64,000 nt of DNA from an uncultured virus (IMG/VR IMGVR_UViG_3300035698_019702) (taxonomy: Duplodnaviria; Heunggongvirae; Uroviricota; Caudoviricetes). The notes below the pieces were generated by a model. The model was not told the origin of the DNA. It was given only the letters and a program-made list of their open reading frames with translations, and ran no database searches. Positions within the stretch are counted from its first letter, which is position 1. Each line of letters starts with the position of its first letter. The stretch lies in the IMG/VR virus record IMGVR_UViG_3300035698_019702; one strand, written 5' to 3'. Made by a program: the position numbers and the translations under genes. Shown here one piece after another: positions 43,201 to 52,800 of this stretch.

Positions 43201-46100
43201 GTATTGTTATTGAAAATGACACCGGCGGCAATCCGTTGAAATCATTTTATGCTTATGATGGACCTTACGGTGGAGCGCAACTAAACATAGACTGGACTAC
43301 TGGAGGGTCGCTACCTGCCAGTGGTTCTACCGTTGATTGGCCCAATGTAGAAGATTGGCCCATAATCAACGGATATGATTCGGTTGATATATCAGTGCTA
43401 GTAGAAGAGTTTTTAGCTTCTAGCGGATACACAGGCTCAGGTTACATAGGTTTAGCAATTGAAGATAACGGTAGTAGCGATGTAAGAGAATTTTATGCCT
43501 ACGAAGCAGGATTAGTGGCCCCATGTCTCCATATTCATTACACTGGTCCAACTCGTAGCACTATCGGAGGTGTGGCATGGGATAATACCTCAAGCCCTAT
43601 CTTGGGTGCATGGGTTTTGGATGAAGAAGTAACCACCCCAGAAATAGCTTCATTGGTGCAATCGTATATTGACATGTCTGGGTATGATCCGGCAGGAGGA
43701 TATGCGGTTGGTTTCGTTATTGAGGATAATGCTAGCACAAACCTCAAAAAGATAATCTCCTATGAGACTGCGATGGGTGTTGATGTTGCCGGTTTGCTAG
43801 TTTCCTGGCGCAACAACTATAATTTCACTACTGAAATCAACTCTTTAGCATCAACCAGACTATGTCTCGGGGCGGGAGAATCATCTACCGGGTCATTAGA
43901 TTTAACTCCTCAGATACGTGTGGATTCCCAAGGCCAGAGAACTGCTGAAAGCCCATTACCGATAGACTATCATCCTAATTGGACGTATTTTACAGCGATT
44001 GAAGCTACTACAGACATGGGTGATACAGTTGTTATAGACCAGAAGGCAAGTGTATCATGTAGAACTTGTGGTGCTCACCCGGTATCGACTACTTGGGATT
44101 TCAAGACTTGCTCTTTAACAGTAGAGGTTAGCAACACTGACGTAATACCTAAGAGAATAAATGTAGCTGTGCTTCTATATGCTGATGAGGATCACAATAG
44201 TTTAGTAAGCCAATTGTCCACTTTTGCATGGGGTGATATAAGTCGGTTCACTATGGAAGACTTACAACCGGCTATCGATTTTCAGGAGGATGGTGAGTTT
44301 GTGATTGCTCCTGGAGGGATACTGCGAATGTTGGCATGGCCCACATTGAATCCTGCTAGTGGTTTAGTATGTGGAGTTAAGTACTTTTATGAAATCACTA
44401 TTAACAGTGATGGCGGGTCGATATCGAATACTTCGGTGTCTACTGGAGAGTGGACTTGTTCTTGTGAATCAGAACGATGGGCAGATCGTTTTGAAGAAGA
44501 ACAACATAATTTAACAACATTACCACGATGGAGAAGTAGTGGTGAAGGCTTGATCGACATCAGGTTGACGGAGACCAAATCAGACAACTTTAATGCTCAG
44601 ATTCAAATACGTCCTGACTTTGCTGGGCTGGTAATGTATGAGAGTAACCGTGATAATAAATGGAACTTGTATGTCTCGGCCTTTGCTTACCAACCTTCAC
44701 ATAAAATGTTTGCTTCTGCTGCTGAATCGATAATATCTCCTTGGTCAGAGCCAGTGTATAAATCTGACATTCCAGTTAATAACTCTGACGATCTTATTAT
44801 CGAAGGATTGAGGCCACAGTTTGCATTTGATCAGTATGGTAATATATTTATGGTTGCTTCTATGCCATATACATCTGCATTAATGGACGGAGCACAAGAA
44901 CTGTGTCATAAATTCTCACCTGATACTATGCAATATATACTCGTACACCGTTGTGGACTTGATAATTTTAACTTTGAAGAAATCCGTCAGCAGGATGTTG
45001 AGAGGGTTTGTGAGCAGGAAGATATTACTAAAGAGATATACACAATAAGCAGTCCCACATTCAATAAGTTGATACGGATGATCCGTGTGCGGGAAGAGTT
45101 TGTGAAATACCACATTAGTCGGGTCAAAAACGCATTACCTGTAGTAGACCAATGTCATATTGGATTTGAGATTATTGGAACGCCGGAATCCGTGGCTCTC
45201 CGTATCCGTAATAACCGTGATGGTGAGTGGAGTGATTGGCTACCGTTTGATCCCGATATTGGATCAGAAGTGATTAAACTAAACCATGACCTGACCCGAG
45301 GTAGTGGTATTAAAGTAGTACAATTCCAAGTAGCAACGCCAGCAGGATTGACTCCTACAGCAACAATGGAGATTATTGCTGACTTCAGACCCATTCTTCA
45401 TCAGGTTAACTTCTATAAATCTCTTGGTAACTGTGAAACTGGGACACCGTGTCCACCAGAACCTATTGAGATGCTTCATTTGGATGACGCCGATATATGG
45501 ATCGAAGACAACCGACTGAACATGATGGAAAATGTCCCTATTGCATCGGTGAGAACTCCAGAAGTAGAAACCATTGATAATAATAAAGAACTGGTCATTA
45601 GGAGTTCGGAATACATTTTTATTGAGATTATTCCAGAAAAAAGTTATTTCGATCAGTTTACTCAGGACGATCTAGTAGAGAAGAACATTACCCCTACCTT
45701 TGATTTCATTCATCAAGGAGGAAGGGATGAATTTAACCTTCCAACAGTGTTTAATGCTACATCCAAATCATTCAGAGGATGGATTACAATTAATAAGGAG
45801 GACCAGGGAGCATTCAGAGACGGACTAGCATATATTGTAGTTCATTTTAAGAACGATTGCTCTGATCCAACATCTGTTTCAGCAGGATCAACTGCTGAAA
45901 AGGTTTCAGAATATACCAAGGATGAGTTTAATGCCATTGTCCCAGGTTCTCCTAGTGCTGAGGCTAGACAGACAGATTTTTGGGGTGATAACCGAGACAG
46001 TGTTGGCCGCGTAGAGCATAAGATCGTAATCAGACCCAATAATGAAGACCCATACTTCGTATTTGGAGACCCAAATTACAGGATGAAAGAAAATGAATAG
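31263..46100 (+). CDS. giant (~4945 aa) adhesin/fibre-like virion protein 1
   Basis: Probable ATG at 31263; Cys-rich repeats, VWA domain (DVIFAIDNSGSM, MIDAS DxSxS), propeller-like repeats, nested beta-sandwich repeats, C-terminal EDPYFVFGDPNY. Confidence 0.8.
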   Translation: MPNLSNRTTDLIKTIDHAARSSGFTPYLYGGLARAIQFDRSPVDKRLVEIVLSYKQTCDIYGLYQSLAKKIIINREIERSDKMYSVVSFPYVLECALRQDFNPLDNDIALFNVDRLFIELGRTLKTISEISETSDLVCLKPENEWDITHIIGFADKVATYPDHVIVPEQKAVLDDTHLLQIQQPLGVNISDKLIDLLLTQYPGNAFLFLASFSDGKEWLAKQFIELSSQHSIALNESFDLREIISPKKAELLNVYSEYFNVKKESDWRKHHTILTYLKLLFDSPSLSTKTPYIDRVSVLSSPETFTTLQPANATVETFTNRWACCQTGDVCTEVDETTCTALQGTWYPNELCADVNCLPGVPGDCEYPPCSPCDPTECGEPSHGGQPCCCCSSVDIIAATELQCHKPVIISCNRDGSGPGPDNDGIEQDFGDCEICREICGMVINSSGPSGCINPPDPTLTKICCGELPTPWYLNPPTPCECDCAQYDGDGICSLHCVTCGGVHAYCQSIVTPGGDDNDCAYDFTIEPGPECCGSPVGFDVIFAIDNSGSMQTEIDEVREGIERFVDAGHERGIISRMGLVFFNDTDTSHDLWLYGWNADGTFNARARDSIRNYGGPNFPGPVDFTSDVEAYKAQLNPALEGGYENGKAAAMFALNYNFPGAFGNVLILISDEPWPNPGHWDGPTRTEVINYANALNYKIFYIGPANGSEELAHQTGGAHYELNPAPNWDDIFADVSSVAGVFPSSCSCVDFTPLPILRAVGDPSDPEHYYPECNCPDVRQCLPNTPGELPSHCYEFPIEKCVAPDTSADCEGICEVPFGINVCGTIITITPTETNMTCCGFLPGFGCTCPSGSGDCPAFRCCGADCEEICDWLAIPFPTPVHSSIEEAQQFVWDSCLANATGTCGDDCLLFPTGECEEDGETPIEYSKEKSALYDEVAQKYANCGGEGGACCIGINCTTVSSESECDGIWMGYGTPCTPNPCGTPGAVEFECVTSECDFDDQCIVGEPVIGANRIQDQCDRINKGCTNVKSPSIAILNNGVGLIAYESMIDNVSTIKIQQFHTSVDFKLLANRTFGYGRLQHNSKWDKAPGLVEVSVATMWSYDPLPLDIIQGTSDPADTSTWKDVIVFASGPLAGSCFPVYNMDPTGFNIETGAWYVKFLVQSNTPLTSPFFSSDDYYQARWYVYDYQTALRSSGGGIDTEYKNLVGGAGASASAQEHPYSEYMFNTSSDVDNILLGDRITNHIYNGNRVPVANPKLDVSKNYARPYENSHYAYLTYQALEDGKWNIYLKQIRLSEYSREKLINAATSSDNLVPIANPADDLIETGLGLAGVIYRITCVSDNCSDIGDNEFLLQRTVVMEVLLTDGREVLNPAFDAISGDWGSLCPGVKSDRFPKSKVFVKFVQSAVGDRCPDQFQFDEIFQDWATGQEYFVPLTAVSGQQLFAYLHRTDDNGISVGQFDPSIEQGGTSISSSSVGADWYNDFDADTNNWSVIESDPFDILSEYKGLDISEPILISTSETGHCTNPSVQVDYDNHVFIAYEHTDEGIQNIRVVGTKQVADELPAGVGLAFNPDNSLNYFFDKEDFVYSVDVTTSGEGSNQLPDLYVDLNNVLHIVWQSNRDKVWEIYYANSTNNFAYKRITKYEGRSLRPSITSNPSGNLFITWHDNRYGNYEIMMAYHPGIRVIPLYQQDPYLASLRNFHDGWSHTTDSLPLTVENNSDGPVCYSHFDVNFYEDRSLEHLAFTVSSDDFPFAFTLPGSESDVTTVDLSDIDTQWVVTYDYDYVVSTITNQNFVAVSNEIDTYLADSTIKTILIPELNVAGGCSFGTIEIRASNITNDPNADSQWTAEYSLVNLEGELLDLETIGVTEEIAGRYKQIRLKWSCDVFTDTFSITESESDADVESGLTWTNDGSEIRLGHDSSSTSATWEEITTNASPLLASSSAIVDINGTLYVSWVESDGIKFAEFDPLNGSFVNEEWAEAPTSGFAITSISMQSVINIPAIAYVGLNTTTGLYSVVYVTKFGGSWNSYTVTTSVPTYIWDQISLLDNNDQPAIIVHFGGGGTSAINFYTSTTQGQSWQPFESVSININSDGEISAAMISGIPAVTYLDTITGNRVYNTRDESWGAPITMNVTSDITAERCNIIEYNTHPLFFFSDSSGIGLRWARYDGVAWTGDQLIDGAAEIGYYHPMIVNSIPTISYYESSGSSQVDLKYAELSNLLLNIWTINVIDSNLSITTTSSGHWVPSCSWSGDPPGGETVAEHAVIMPLIDSANIVYIEEFDVTGVEKFDAYFRFDNFDIPVDTTIISSHMEIKARVDSGSAKSVIRLLDEVDTREFENNALVHVYITAAGDDAELELPDIWNVGENTIKFGSNGGSEYYSYYSYLRFLLNIPANSRIIESYLEFHGIASTGDTHASIVLVDGSQEFADTHFYSVAVDSISGDADFQISDERWDNDEETIRFGEESGETYEAYLRFYITGIPDYALISSASVTMQAEAPVIGDSDVTIKLLDYGNIDAFPGTTVHQFPVLASADDADFNTTIEEWRNNLTDVRFGLTGGQYYNSYLRFLVDIDPDKKYIAAQLRLTPAVDSLGTSRAYIKLLTPNDQYPSADHIAFPTMLTADIYATAGDDDAIAEVIDGSPKLWDNDELYLWWGTEHASGADHVWDGYIRFDTLTAGITRPTTGFGRPKINRANLEMQADGDSDTSTTIIHGINRNIERGGSGFPHWTSIIAEIPSATSDAFLADTDWTIDTDTLQFGHDGLDSYDAILRFVPEDKDSSIMIERYDYISEAYLILVAAGDTLSGASAKIQLINDCTMDEFIESSSQTFWMDNDNYHDGLSPDAYVKNDTGWFNKTGSVLFGTDGVDYYDGYLRIRVYGIPSGSTIVSATLFSYPDSAELNASDIIITLTDENSATAFKNSENKWTSANLSGDMGTATLGYTYQAQSTLDVSLDDDDPDDEVIFDSAAIYGDYNHWTEYVVGDGSATGETPIYTFETPSYTDTRTYGSVPPGTVQRIGDMVWTTEGLYVAWVDNDTTPDAPNYKLMVSHLVKDGSGWYWKDAIEVDSDVYGDITMLIIDNDPCITYLRDESGTMEICFARKYGAGGSWPNHSTVKVVSGSPGSTLGSPHCIDIDPDGSGDPAIGFVQGDTGDDTTNQIFYATTTDSGIGITDWNVTTTGIASDGGGEDVKHDCLRMALVNDEVNVAYSRYSNITNKIEVHFAYNDGGSLGSWIDQGRIATAGGDLNNEVVDGFDLISYNDSQSDHLDAPVVFYKHGTTTSINWALSEDQGATWSLTQRLIDTGSFDDINIRAVATNEGGRVWVNVVWEEDDVGTYNLNIERQEESLYTSPLPASWITETILSDIGSDEVDTAPVVDVRNKPAVLFLQPDPTPTYSWDSAPVVFWQQDFTYSALVRHYIEGRTVNNDYEAPDSDAIITESKFKVTPIAQDGGDYEIDANVKIFNQSSVSSWSDYVYYGWNLPSLFETPITEFNPAPAAWVAGLPIEITGAEETIQNYIDNRSGMRSRYLGFKWETDDLDDLRSRFDTADFYYAYTYPQRTLDINAPQVLWSIEPGEWTGANPIGADVTELVDYWVNDKVSSGYMGIVLTDANSSIDSAKELTSVDGDSAKRAYIYVVWNEVSDIRYRSAIVSWSPDSWGNSDIITSPDIRLLIQDYVDRCNPTALGLGIRYVSGTGILKSFAAYEGTGYGEPVQLFIEYSPYIDVTAYSPDKQVSWSTGAWTHGETVESPDLWNIVKPWFDSYFSYTATKYIGFRVSTTTDLLKQVRSVEDGYNIKLHLEYSPEGDRTAYTNSVSWIDANEWDSGGSVDAEDVTSPDILSLIETLFDTTNIFRYDYDPYGQWASGVGYYRDSEHTLENSSFNGHYVGFVIQEDTSSHSTTLRQFVSYDDGVPPSTAAYLEIDETEDGPRNRYMIDSSTEHSGVSWAAAGWDGVEETADITELITEYLQLPDYAVSGSYMGIVIENDTGGNPLKSFYAYDGPYGGAQLNIDWTTGGSLPASGSTVDWPNVEDWPIINGYDSVDISVLVEEFLASSGYTGSGYIGLAIEDNGSSDVREFYAYEAGLVAPCLHIHYTGPTRSTIGGVAWDNTSSPILGAWVLDEEVTTPEIASLVQSYIDMSGYDPAGGYAVGFVIEDNASTNLKKIISYETAMGVDVAGLLVSWRNNYNFTTEINSLASTRLCLGAGESSTGSLDLTPQIRVDSQGQRTAESPLPIDYHPNWTYFTAIEATTDMGDTVVIDQKASVSCRTCGAHPVSTTWDFKTCSLTVEVSNTDVIPKRINVAVLLYADEDHNSLVSQLSTFAWGDISRFTMEDLQPAIDFQEDGEFVIAPGGILRMLAWPTLNPASGLVCGVKYFYEITINSDGGSISNTSVSTGEWTCSCESERWADRFEEEQHNLTTLPRWRSSGEGLIDIRLTETKSDNFNAQIQIRPDFAGLVMYESNRDNKWNLYVSAFAYQPSHKMFASAAESIISPWSEPVYKSDIPVNNSDDLIIEGLRPQFAFDQYGNIFMVASMPYTSALMDGAQELCHKFSPDTMQYILVHRCGLDNFNFEEIRQQDVERVCEQEDITKEIYTISSPTFNKLIRMIRVREEFVKYHISRVKNALPVVDQCHIGFEIIGTPESVALRIRNNRDGEWSDWLPFDPDIGSEVIKLNHDLTRGSGIKVVQFQVATPAGLTPTATMEIIADFRPILHQVNFYKSLGNCETGTPCPPEPIEMLHLDDADIWIEDNRLNMMENVPIASVRTPEVETIDNNKELVIRSSEYIFIEIIPEKSYFDQFTQDDLVEKNITPTFDFIHQGGRDEFNLPTVFNATSKSFRGWITINKEDQGAFRDGLAYIVVHFKNDCSDPTSVSAGSTAEKVSEYTKDEFNAIVPGSPSAEARQTDFWGDNRDSVGRVEHKIVIRPNNEDPYFVFGDPNYRMKENE
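36936..43820 (+). repeat. eight nested (split) DNRLRE/PilY1-type beta-sandwich repeats
   Basis: Eight N-halves (DDA..W..(I)RFG..Y..YLRF..IP..I.SA.L) followed by eight C-halves (V.W..W..SPDI..LI..Y..Y.G..I..F.AYE..L.I.Y). Confidence 0.75.
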
Positions 46101-46866
46101 TGCAACTCTATGTCAATTTGTCGATATGTGGCGGATAAAGGTGAGATTATCCGTTAAGTCTGCAAGTGAAATTGAATTTTTGAACAACGCCGCAGCATTA
46201 GAAATTTTGTCTACTAGCCATGGCTTTATACGAGGTAGTTTGTTGATTATACCGATGGGTGTACGATATATGGAGGTTATCCTAGAACATGTTCCAAAGA
46301 TCAAGGATATTGAGTGTATAATTAACCAGCCTAACGGAGAACAAAAAGTTATCTCATTAAGTATTCCATCGGTAGATGCTTTATCTCGTACTGTTCCAGA
46401 AATTAAAACCGTCAATAGTGCAGACTCTCCTGAAGGAGTTAAGATATTCTATAAACCGGACTGGCAAGTGAAACTTTCAGTAGTGGGAGATTTGCGTGTT
46501 AGCGTTATAGATAATGGTGGAGACATTTTTGCGGCGCTAGGAGATGTATCTAAAATATCTGGTGCTTCTGATTTTGTCTTCCCTATCAGTAAATACCATG
46601 ATCATATAGTTGTTCCAAAGGAAATCGTATGGATGAAACACAAAGAGTATAAAGGGCATAAGTTGGGATGTTATGAATTAGTGAAACTTCATCACCGACC
46701 AAATATCCTATATAAGTACCCTATATCCAATAACCTAGATTTTTCTGATCTTCCACAACAAGTTTCAGTACAATTAGGAAAATTTAGATGGCCTACAGGG
46801 ATACCTTTTAATTCTTCTCATTGGCATATTGACGAGAAATCTAATTTGCCGGTATATTCAAAATGA
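46093..46866 (+). CDS. hypothetical protein, partner of giant protein 2
   Basis: 257 aa; LEILSTSHG, IVVPKEIVW, KYPISNN and PTG match LELLSVSKG, VVLPSEILW, KYIPISES and PTG of 30092..31270. Confidence 0.7.
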   Translation: MNSATLCQFVDMWRIKVRLSVKSASEIEFLNNAAALEILSTSHGFIRGSLLIIPMGVRYMEVILEHVPKIKDIECIINQPNGEQKVISLSIPSVDALSRTVPEIKTVNSADSPEGVKIFYKPDWQVKLSVVGDLRVSVIDNGGDIFAALGDVSKISGASDFVFPISKYHDHIVVPKEIVWMKHKEYKGHKLGCYELVKLHHRPNILYKYPISNNLDFSDLPQQVSVQLGKFRWPTGIPFNSSHWHIDEKSNLPVYSK

Positions 46867-49800
46867 ACGTTTGTTTAGGACCATATCATATTAAGACGCC
46901 TCACTTCAAAAACGAAGGTGATGCAAATACGTTTGTCAACCCATTCGAGACGAGACAGATTGCTGTTACCACTATAAAAGGAGTCAACAAACCACCTGCA
47001 ATTGATGCTGAACTAATGCACGAGGTTCTTGGTGAAGAGTTTGATACCAGATGGTATGAATGTCCTTCTCAAAAAGGCCGGGTTTACACGATCATGCCAA
47101 CCGCTTGTGAGGTTTTGATTTCCTCATTCGAGAACGGACTTGATGGTGATACATCTTTTGGTGCTGGAAAGTACTGTTTCGGCAAAGTCTATATTAAAGA
47201 TAAAGAACCAACTGATTCGGGTGAGACTTGTTACACATTATTTGAGTTTGATGGACATCTATTTCAGGTTAGAGGGACCACATCTATAAATTCCGGTGAA
47301 TATGATTGTGATGAATGTTCTAACGATTTATCTGAAGTTGAAAAGTTTGATACAGAAACCGGGACATTTGGATACAAAGATTACAATAGGAAAAACGAAA
47401 ATACAAGTTTAGATTACCGGATTAAGACTTGTGATGAAGTGTCTCCTAATGAAAAGCAGCTAAGTACTCTCGGTATTGATGATGCCACTTCGCCATCTCC
47501 TGATCCACCTGAATGGTCTACACCTCCATATGCTACTGGCAGAACATCTATCAGGATGATTTCACAGCAGGCTTTTGATACCAGTGGAGTAGAATACCGG
47601 TTTGATTGTCCCACAGATAGCACTAAAAGTAGCGGTTGGCAGGCTAGCCGATCATACTCGGCAACTGGGTTAACTGCTGCTACTCAATATGGCTTTAAAG
47701 TTCAAGCCCGTGATATATCAGACAACTACAACGAAACGGGATTTTCTGAGGAATCGTGGGCTACTACGTTTGGGGGAACCGGTGTTACAGATAGTGGTAT
47801 TATTGGTGCACCATCATTAGAAGATTGTGAAAGCCAAGATGATCCTCAAGTTCTAGTTCGACCATCTGGTGATTCAATCACTGCATATACTTACAAGGAT
47901 GAGGATGGTGCTAGCCAGATAAAACTTTACCTAGGCCCTACTTCACAAACTAACATGATTCTCTACTATCGTGAGCTAAGCAGAGGCTGCCTGCTCAATC
48001 AAAACGAGGATGAGTTTGTTGTTGTTAATTTTGAAATCTATGATGATCTTGTGATACCGGCAGCGATAACTGCTATTGGTATTGGTTTTTTATCAGGTCC
48101 GTTATCAGGGATGGTTTTTCATGTTAACTCAATCGAACGAGGATTCCAGCCTAGTGGATTACCCAAGCAGACTTTGAGCATTTCGGCTTCATCTAACGAA
48201 CTAAGTTTTGAGGACTCGAATAACGTTTGTGACGTGGAGTGGTATTTATTTGATGAATCTTTGGCACCATTTTCGACATCTACTCCCACAGTTTTCTCTG
48301 CTTCTCTGCCAACTGAGTTCAAGAAAACAACTCCTCAGATTACCCTAATGGATTTACCGTGCTATGAACTAGGTGGTACCGAGGTAGAAGAAGATGTAAT
48401 TCACAAGTTTGTTGGCAACCACATCAAACTTGATGAGGATAAGGTTCTTACTGAGATTAGAATGCAGTTTCAGGTTGATGAGCCTACATTAGCTTTTTGG
48501 TATGTTTGGGAAAGTACACAATCATGGTGGCATAATTGTGTAATGCAAAAAGTTACCACCATCACTGACACAGTAATGACAACACATTCTTCTGGCGAAT
48601 TCTATCAACATCTTCTTGCTGACAAGTATTACGTCATTGGTGTGATCTTAAAATATCCCAGAGTCACATACAGGAAAGAATCTAGTGATGATGTGATAGC
48701 ATATCATTCTGGACAACTGCCAGGATGGATATACAAATCTCATCAAAAAGATTATATTATGCCACCCTTTTATTCCGTTGATATCAAGGGTTGGTATTGG
48801 GAAGCAGGTAATGCAACTCCTCGATATTGGCAACTACTATGTTGGGATGAAGAGTATACCGGAGATAATACCCCCGGCCCTCCAGATGGATCGTTTGAGA
48901 CCGGAGTATTCCAACTGGGAACACCCGAGCCTGAAGATGATACCGACACAGATAAAGATGAATTCTGTTTCTACGGGAATACCTTTAGCCCTAGACCAAA
49001 ATATAGCGCTGGAACTATTGTTGATACAAACAAATGGCTTAATAAATACGAGCAATATATTAGAGCCAACGTGGGACAAAAGTTATATTTCGCAATTTAC
49101 GATAATACACCAGACCACGCCATAGATAACGATGTCGCACCTATTTGGACTAAGGTTGTTATAGCAGATTCAGATGAGCCAAAATGGTATTCCTCTGGTG
49201 ATATCAACCTAGAGATGGAAATGGGTAATGATTATATACTTGGAGTTGGACAAAGGGAATGGCAGCACCAACCAACGTGGTCTGAAACGGAGTTTTATCA
49301 CATCTCTATGACCGGACCTTACGAAAGTATGTTTTTTGGGTACAGATGGCATGCCGTTAAGAAAGACCATATGATTGCATTACCAGATTGGGCATTTCCA
49401 AAAAACACTGGTGATTCAAATCGGTTATATTTGCAGAAACTTACAATAGGAAGCGATGATGATTCGACAATGGATGCACCTGTTTTTGCTTTAGAGCGTG
49501 AATGGATTAGCACTGGTGCAGCATCTGGCTATGTTGGGGTTGCACGACGTGGATATGGCGAAACATTCCGGTTCACTGGAAACAGCACTTATCGACCACC
49601 TGATCCTGGTCACATAAAAAACTTCAAAGCGTGGCTAAAAGTTCCATCTGGTTATGTAAATCCTGAAGTTTTCTTTTACATAATGTCTTATCATGGTAAC
49701 TGGAGAGTTTTTTGGGAATCGGGGCCTCGTCAAATTTCTATTCCTTTGGGCGATGGATTTGAAGGCTATGTGTATGCCTCTGATCTAGATATAGACTTAC

Positions 49801-52800
49801 AAATAGATTGGGATGTTCTGAGTTGGATGGCCTGTGTTGCATGGGGTAATATACCTATTGAAATTGGCAAAAACGACAACGAAACTTCCTTGTATAGTCC
49901 ATATGCCACTCTATTCCAAGGGTACGTAAGTACCTATGAACCACCATATGCTGGCGATGAGGACATCCTGTTTAACTCCTGTTCAAACCATGTAGTTGTT
50001 GATATCGAATTTAGTAACACTGCGGCTCCACCAGAGACTTTAGCTGCTTGTTGTTTCCCATCATCTGTATGTCAAAATTTAACTCAAGAGGAATGCGAAA
50101 ATGCTGGTGCTGTTTGGCATCAAGGCGAGGATTGTGGTTCCGGATTTTCTTGTGTAATTGTGCCAACTGGTGCTTGTTGTCACGCTCCAACAAGAGGTGA
50201 CATATACTTGCCACCAGTTTGTGAAGTATTAAGTGAAGAACAATGTCACGCAGCAGGAGCTTTTGGAGTTGGTTTAACTAACTCAACCTATAGAGGAGAT
50301 GGAACTACCTGTGGACCATCTAGTTGTTTATTAGGAGCTTGTTGTCTCGATATTTCCACCTGCTCAAATTTAGCTTATGCCGATTGCATGAGCCAAGAGG
50401 GTATCTGGAGGTGGCCTGGTAGTCAATGTGATCAACTTATGCTATCGAATACTGAGTGTGATACGTATACTACTGGAGCATGTTGTGTTGCAATTACTAT
50501 TGAACCCCACGGATGCATTGATGTAGATCAAACGACATGTGATTTGTTTGGCACTTACAAGATGGATTGGGCCGGATCGGGTACTAGGTGTTCACAGATA
50601 GATTGTGCTATTGCAGGGCTTGGAGCTTGTTGTTATGGCAATGCTCAGTGCGAGTTACTATCGGAGTTAGATTGTGTTATTTCACATTCGGAGGATGGTG
50701 AATGGCAAGGTGAGTTTACAACATGCTCTGAAGATTTATGTGTTCACAGGGGCATCTGTTGTCTATCTGATAATTCTTGCGTTTTTACTACTCAAGTAGA
50801 TTGTGAAAACCAAGGAGGAACATATAGGCAAGATGGTGGTTCTTGTGTAGGATATTCTTGTACGGAATCTAGAGGGGCTTGTTGTCTCCCGAATGGTTAC
50901 TGTGAAGCGGACTTCACTCAAGATAATTGTGAGACTAACAGTGGAACATATCTTGGTGATGATACTACTTGTGCCGGTGTCGAGTGTGTAATACAAACAG
51001 ACATCGGGGCATGCTGCCTGATAGATGGGACATGTTTTGTAGGAACTCGTATAGATTGTGAGGCTTCGCTAATAGAAAGTGAGTATCAGGGCGATGGTAC
51101 GTTTTGTAGTGGATCAAGTGCTGTTGAATGCCCAGTAATCAAATTAACCAGCGAAGAAGCCTTAGTATTGCCAAGTCACACCTACTTAGGAAAAACTGTT
51201 CCATCATCCAAACCATCGGTCACTGTTGCTAAGAACCACTTTATGATTGATGGCTCACAGCATCAGTTTGTTTCTTATCAAGCATTTGAAAACAACCAGT
51301 GGAATATTTACTTACGTCAAGTTAGAACTGTGCTCAATAACCAGGATTCATCTGATCCAAATTATCAAGCGCCTTTTAACATCCTAGAACGCCCGTCATT
51401 TACTCTGGCTCCTCTTCAAGACTCGGACTTTACACAAGTACAATATACTGTTGTAAATAGCACAATTACAGTCACTCCTGGCAATGATCTTTGTGCCATG
51501 TTTAAAGTTACTTTACCTGATGGTAGATGTGCTTACAACTGCGATGAGGAATCTTCAGGAGAATGGACAACTATACATCCTTATGGTGGGGCAGTACCAT
51601 TTCCAACAACAGAGGTGTATGTAGAAGCTATTTATGACATTAACACATGTGGATTAGGATTTAGCAAATGGGCTTTGGGGTCTACTTTTCAGGGGTCTTT
51701 TCCCCCGACACCTGACGACCTGGGTGATGAAGAATCTGGTTGTGTCTCAATCTCTGCATTGTATCCTGCCGTGGATGAATGGTGTCATTTACAGTCTAAT
51801 TGTGTACAAACTCAGTTAATTGATGACCCTCTTTGTCCATCCCCATATTTAGGTGTCACTTATAAGCCATCGGATTTATGGCTATTACAGAACGGTGATG
51901 ATATTGTAACAAGAGTCAAGTACAATCTTGGTATCAACATACTAGCTTTGACATCTGAAACTCTTACATCAGGGTCAGGTATCAGCGGATCAGTGGATTT
52001 CATGTTTGTCATTGACTACTCTTCAAGCATGTTGCCTAGGATCAACGCAGTACGTAATGCTATTACGCCGTTTGCACAAGATTTGAAAAACGCTGGTATT
52101 GATGTCCGATTCGGCTTATGCATATATGGTCGAGCTGATAGTAGTGAAAATTCGATGGTAACGCCATCACAGCCTGCCAATGCTGTCATCTGTCCTGATG
52201 TAACATCAGTGGGTAATCAAGCTATGTTTGATGGTTTGACGGGATTTGCGTCTGGGGGCTTTACTACTGATGTTTCGGCATTATCTGTTGCTCTAAACCA
52301 TTGGTTCTACGACAAGGGAGCCCAAGCACCGGGTTATTCATCTATCCAGTTTGTATCACTTGATCCAAGATTTGAATGGAGAAGTAACGCAGCCCGTTAT
52401 ATTATGTTGATTACTGATGCTCATGATCACGAGAACAACGCAGTTTGTACTAGTTATTCGAACACTTCAGGAGATGCTATTAGTGTCATTACTAACGAAG
52501 CCGCAGGCACTAATGCTTCAGTGATCTTATCTATATGTGATGCAGTTGACGATACTGGATGCAAAGATGGCACGGGTTACTTATCTATGTCTAAAGCATC
52601 TGACTGGGACAGTGATGTGTATTTTGATGTTAAAGGCCCATATGACCTCGCTTTTCAGAGTATCTTTGCCAAGATTACTACGGATTTGTTGCAGTCAACT
52701 GTGATGGAGCGTGATCAACCAGGGTTTGACCCCACTTTCTTGAAACCAGCCGAAATACTCATTACTTACGATGGTGATCTTACAGATCATTGGACCCAAG

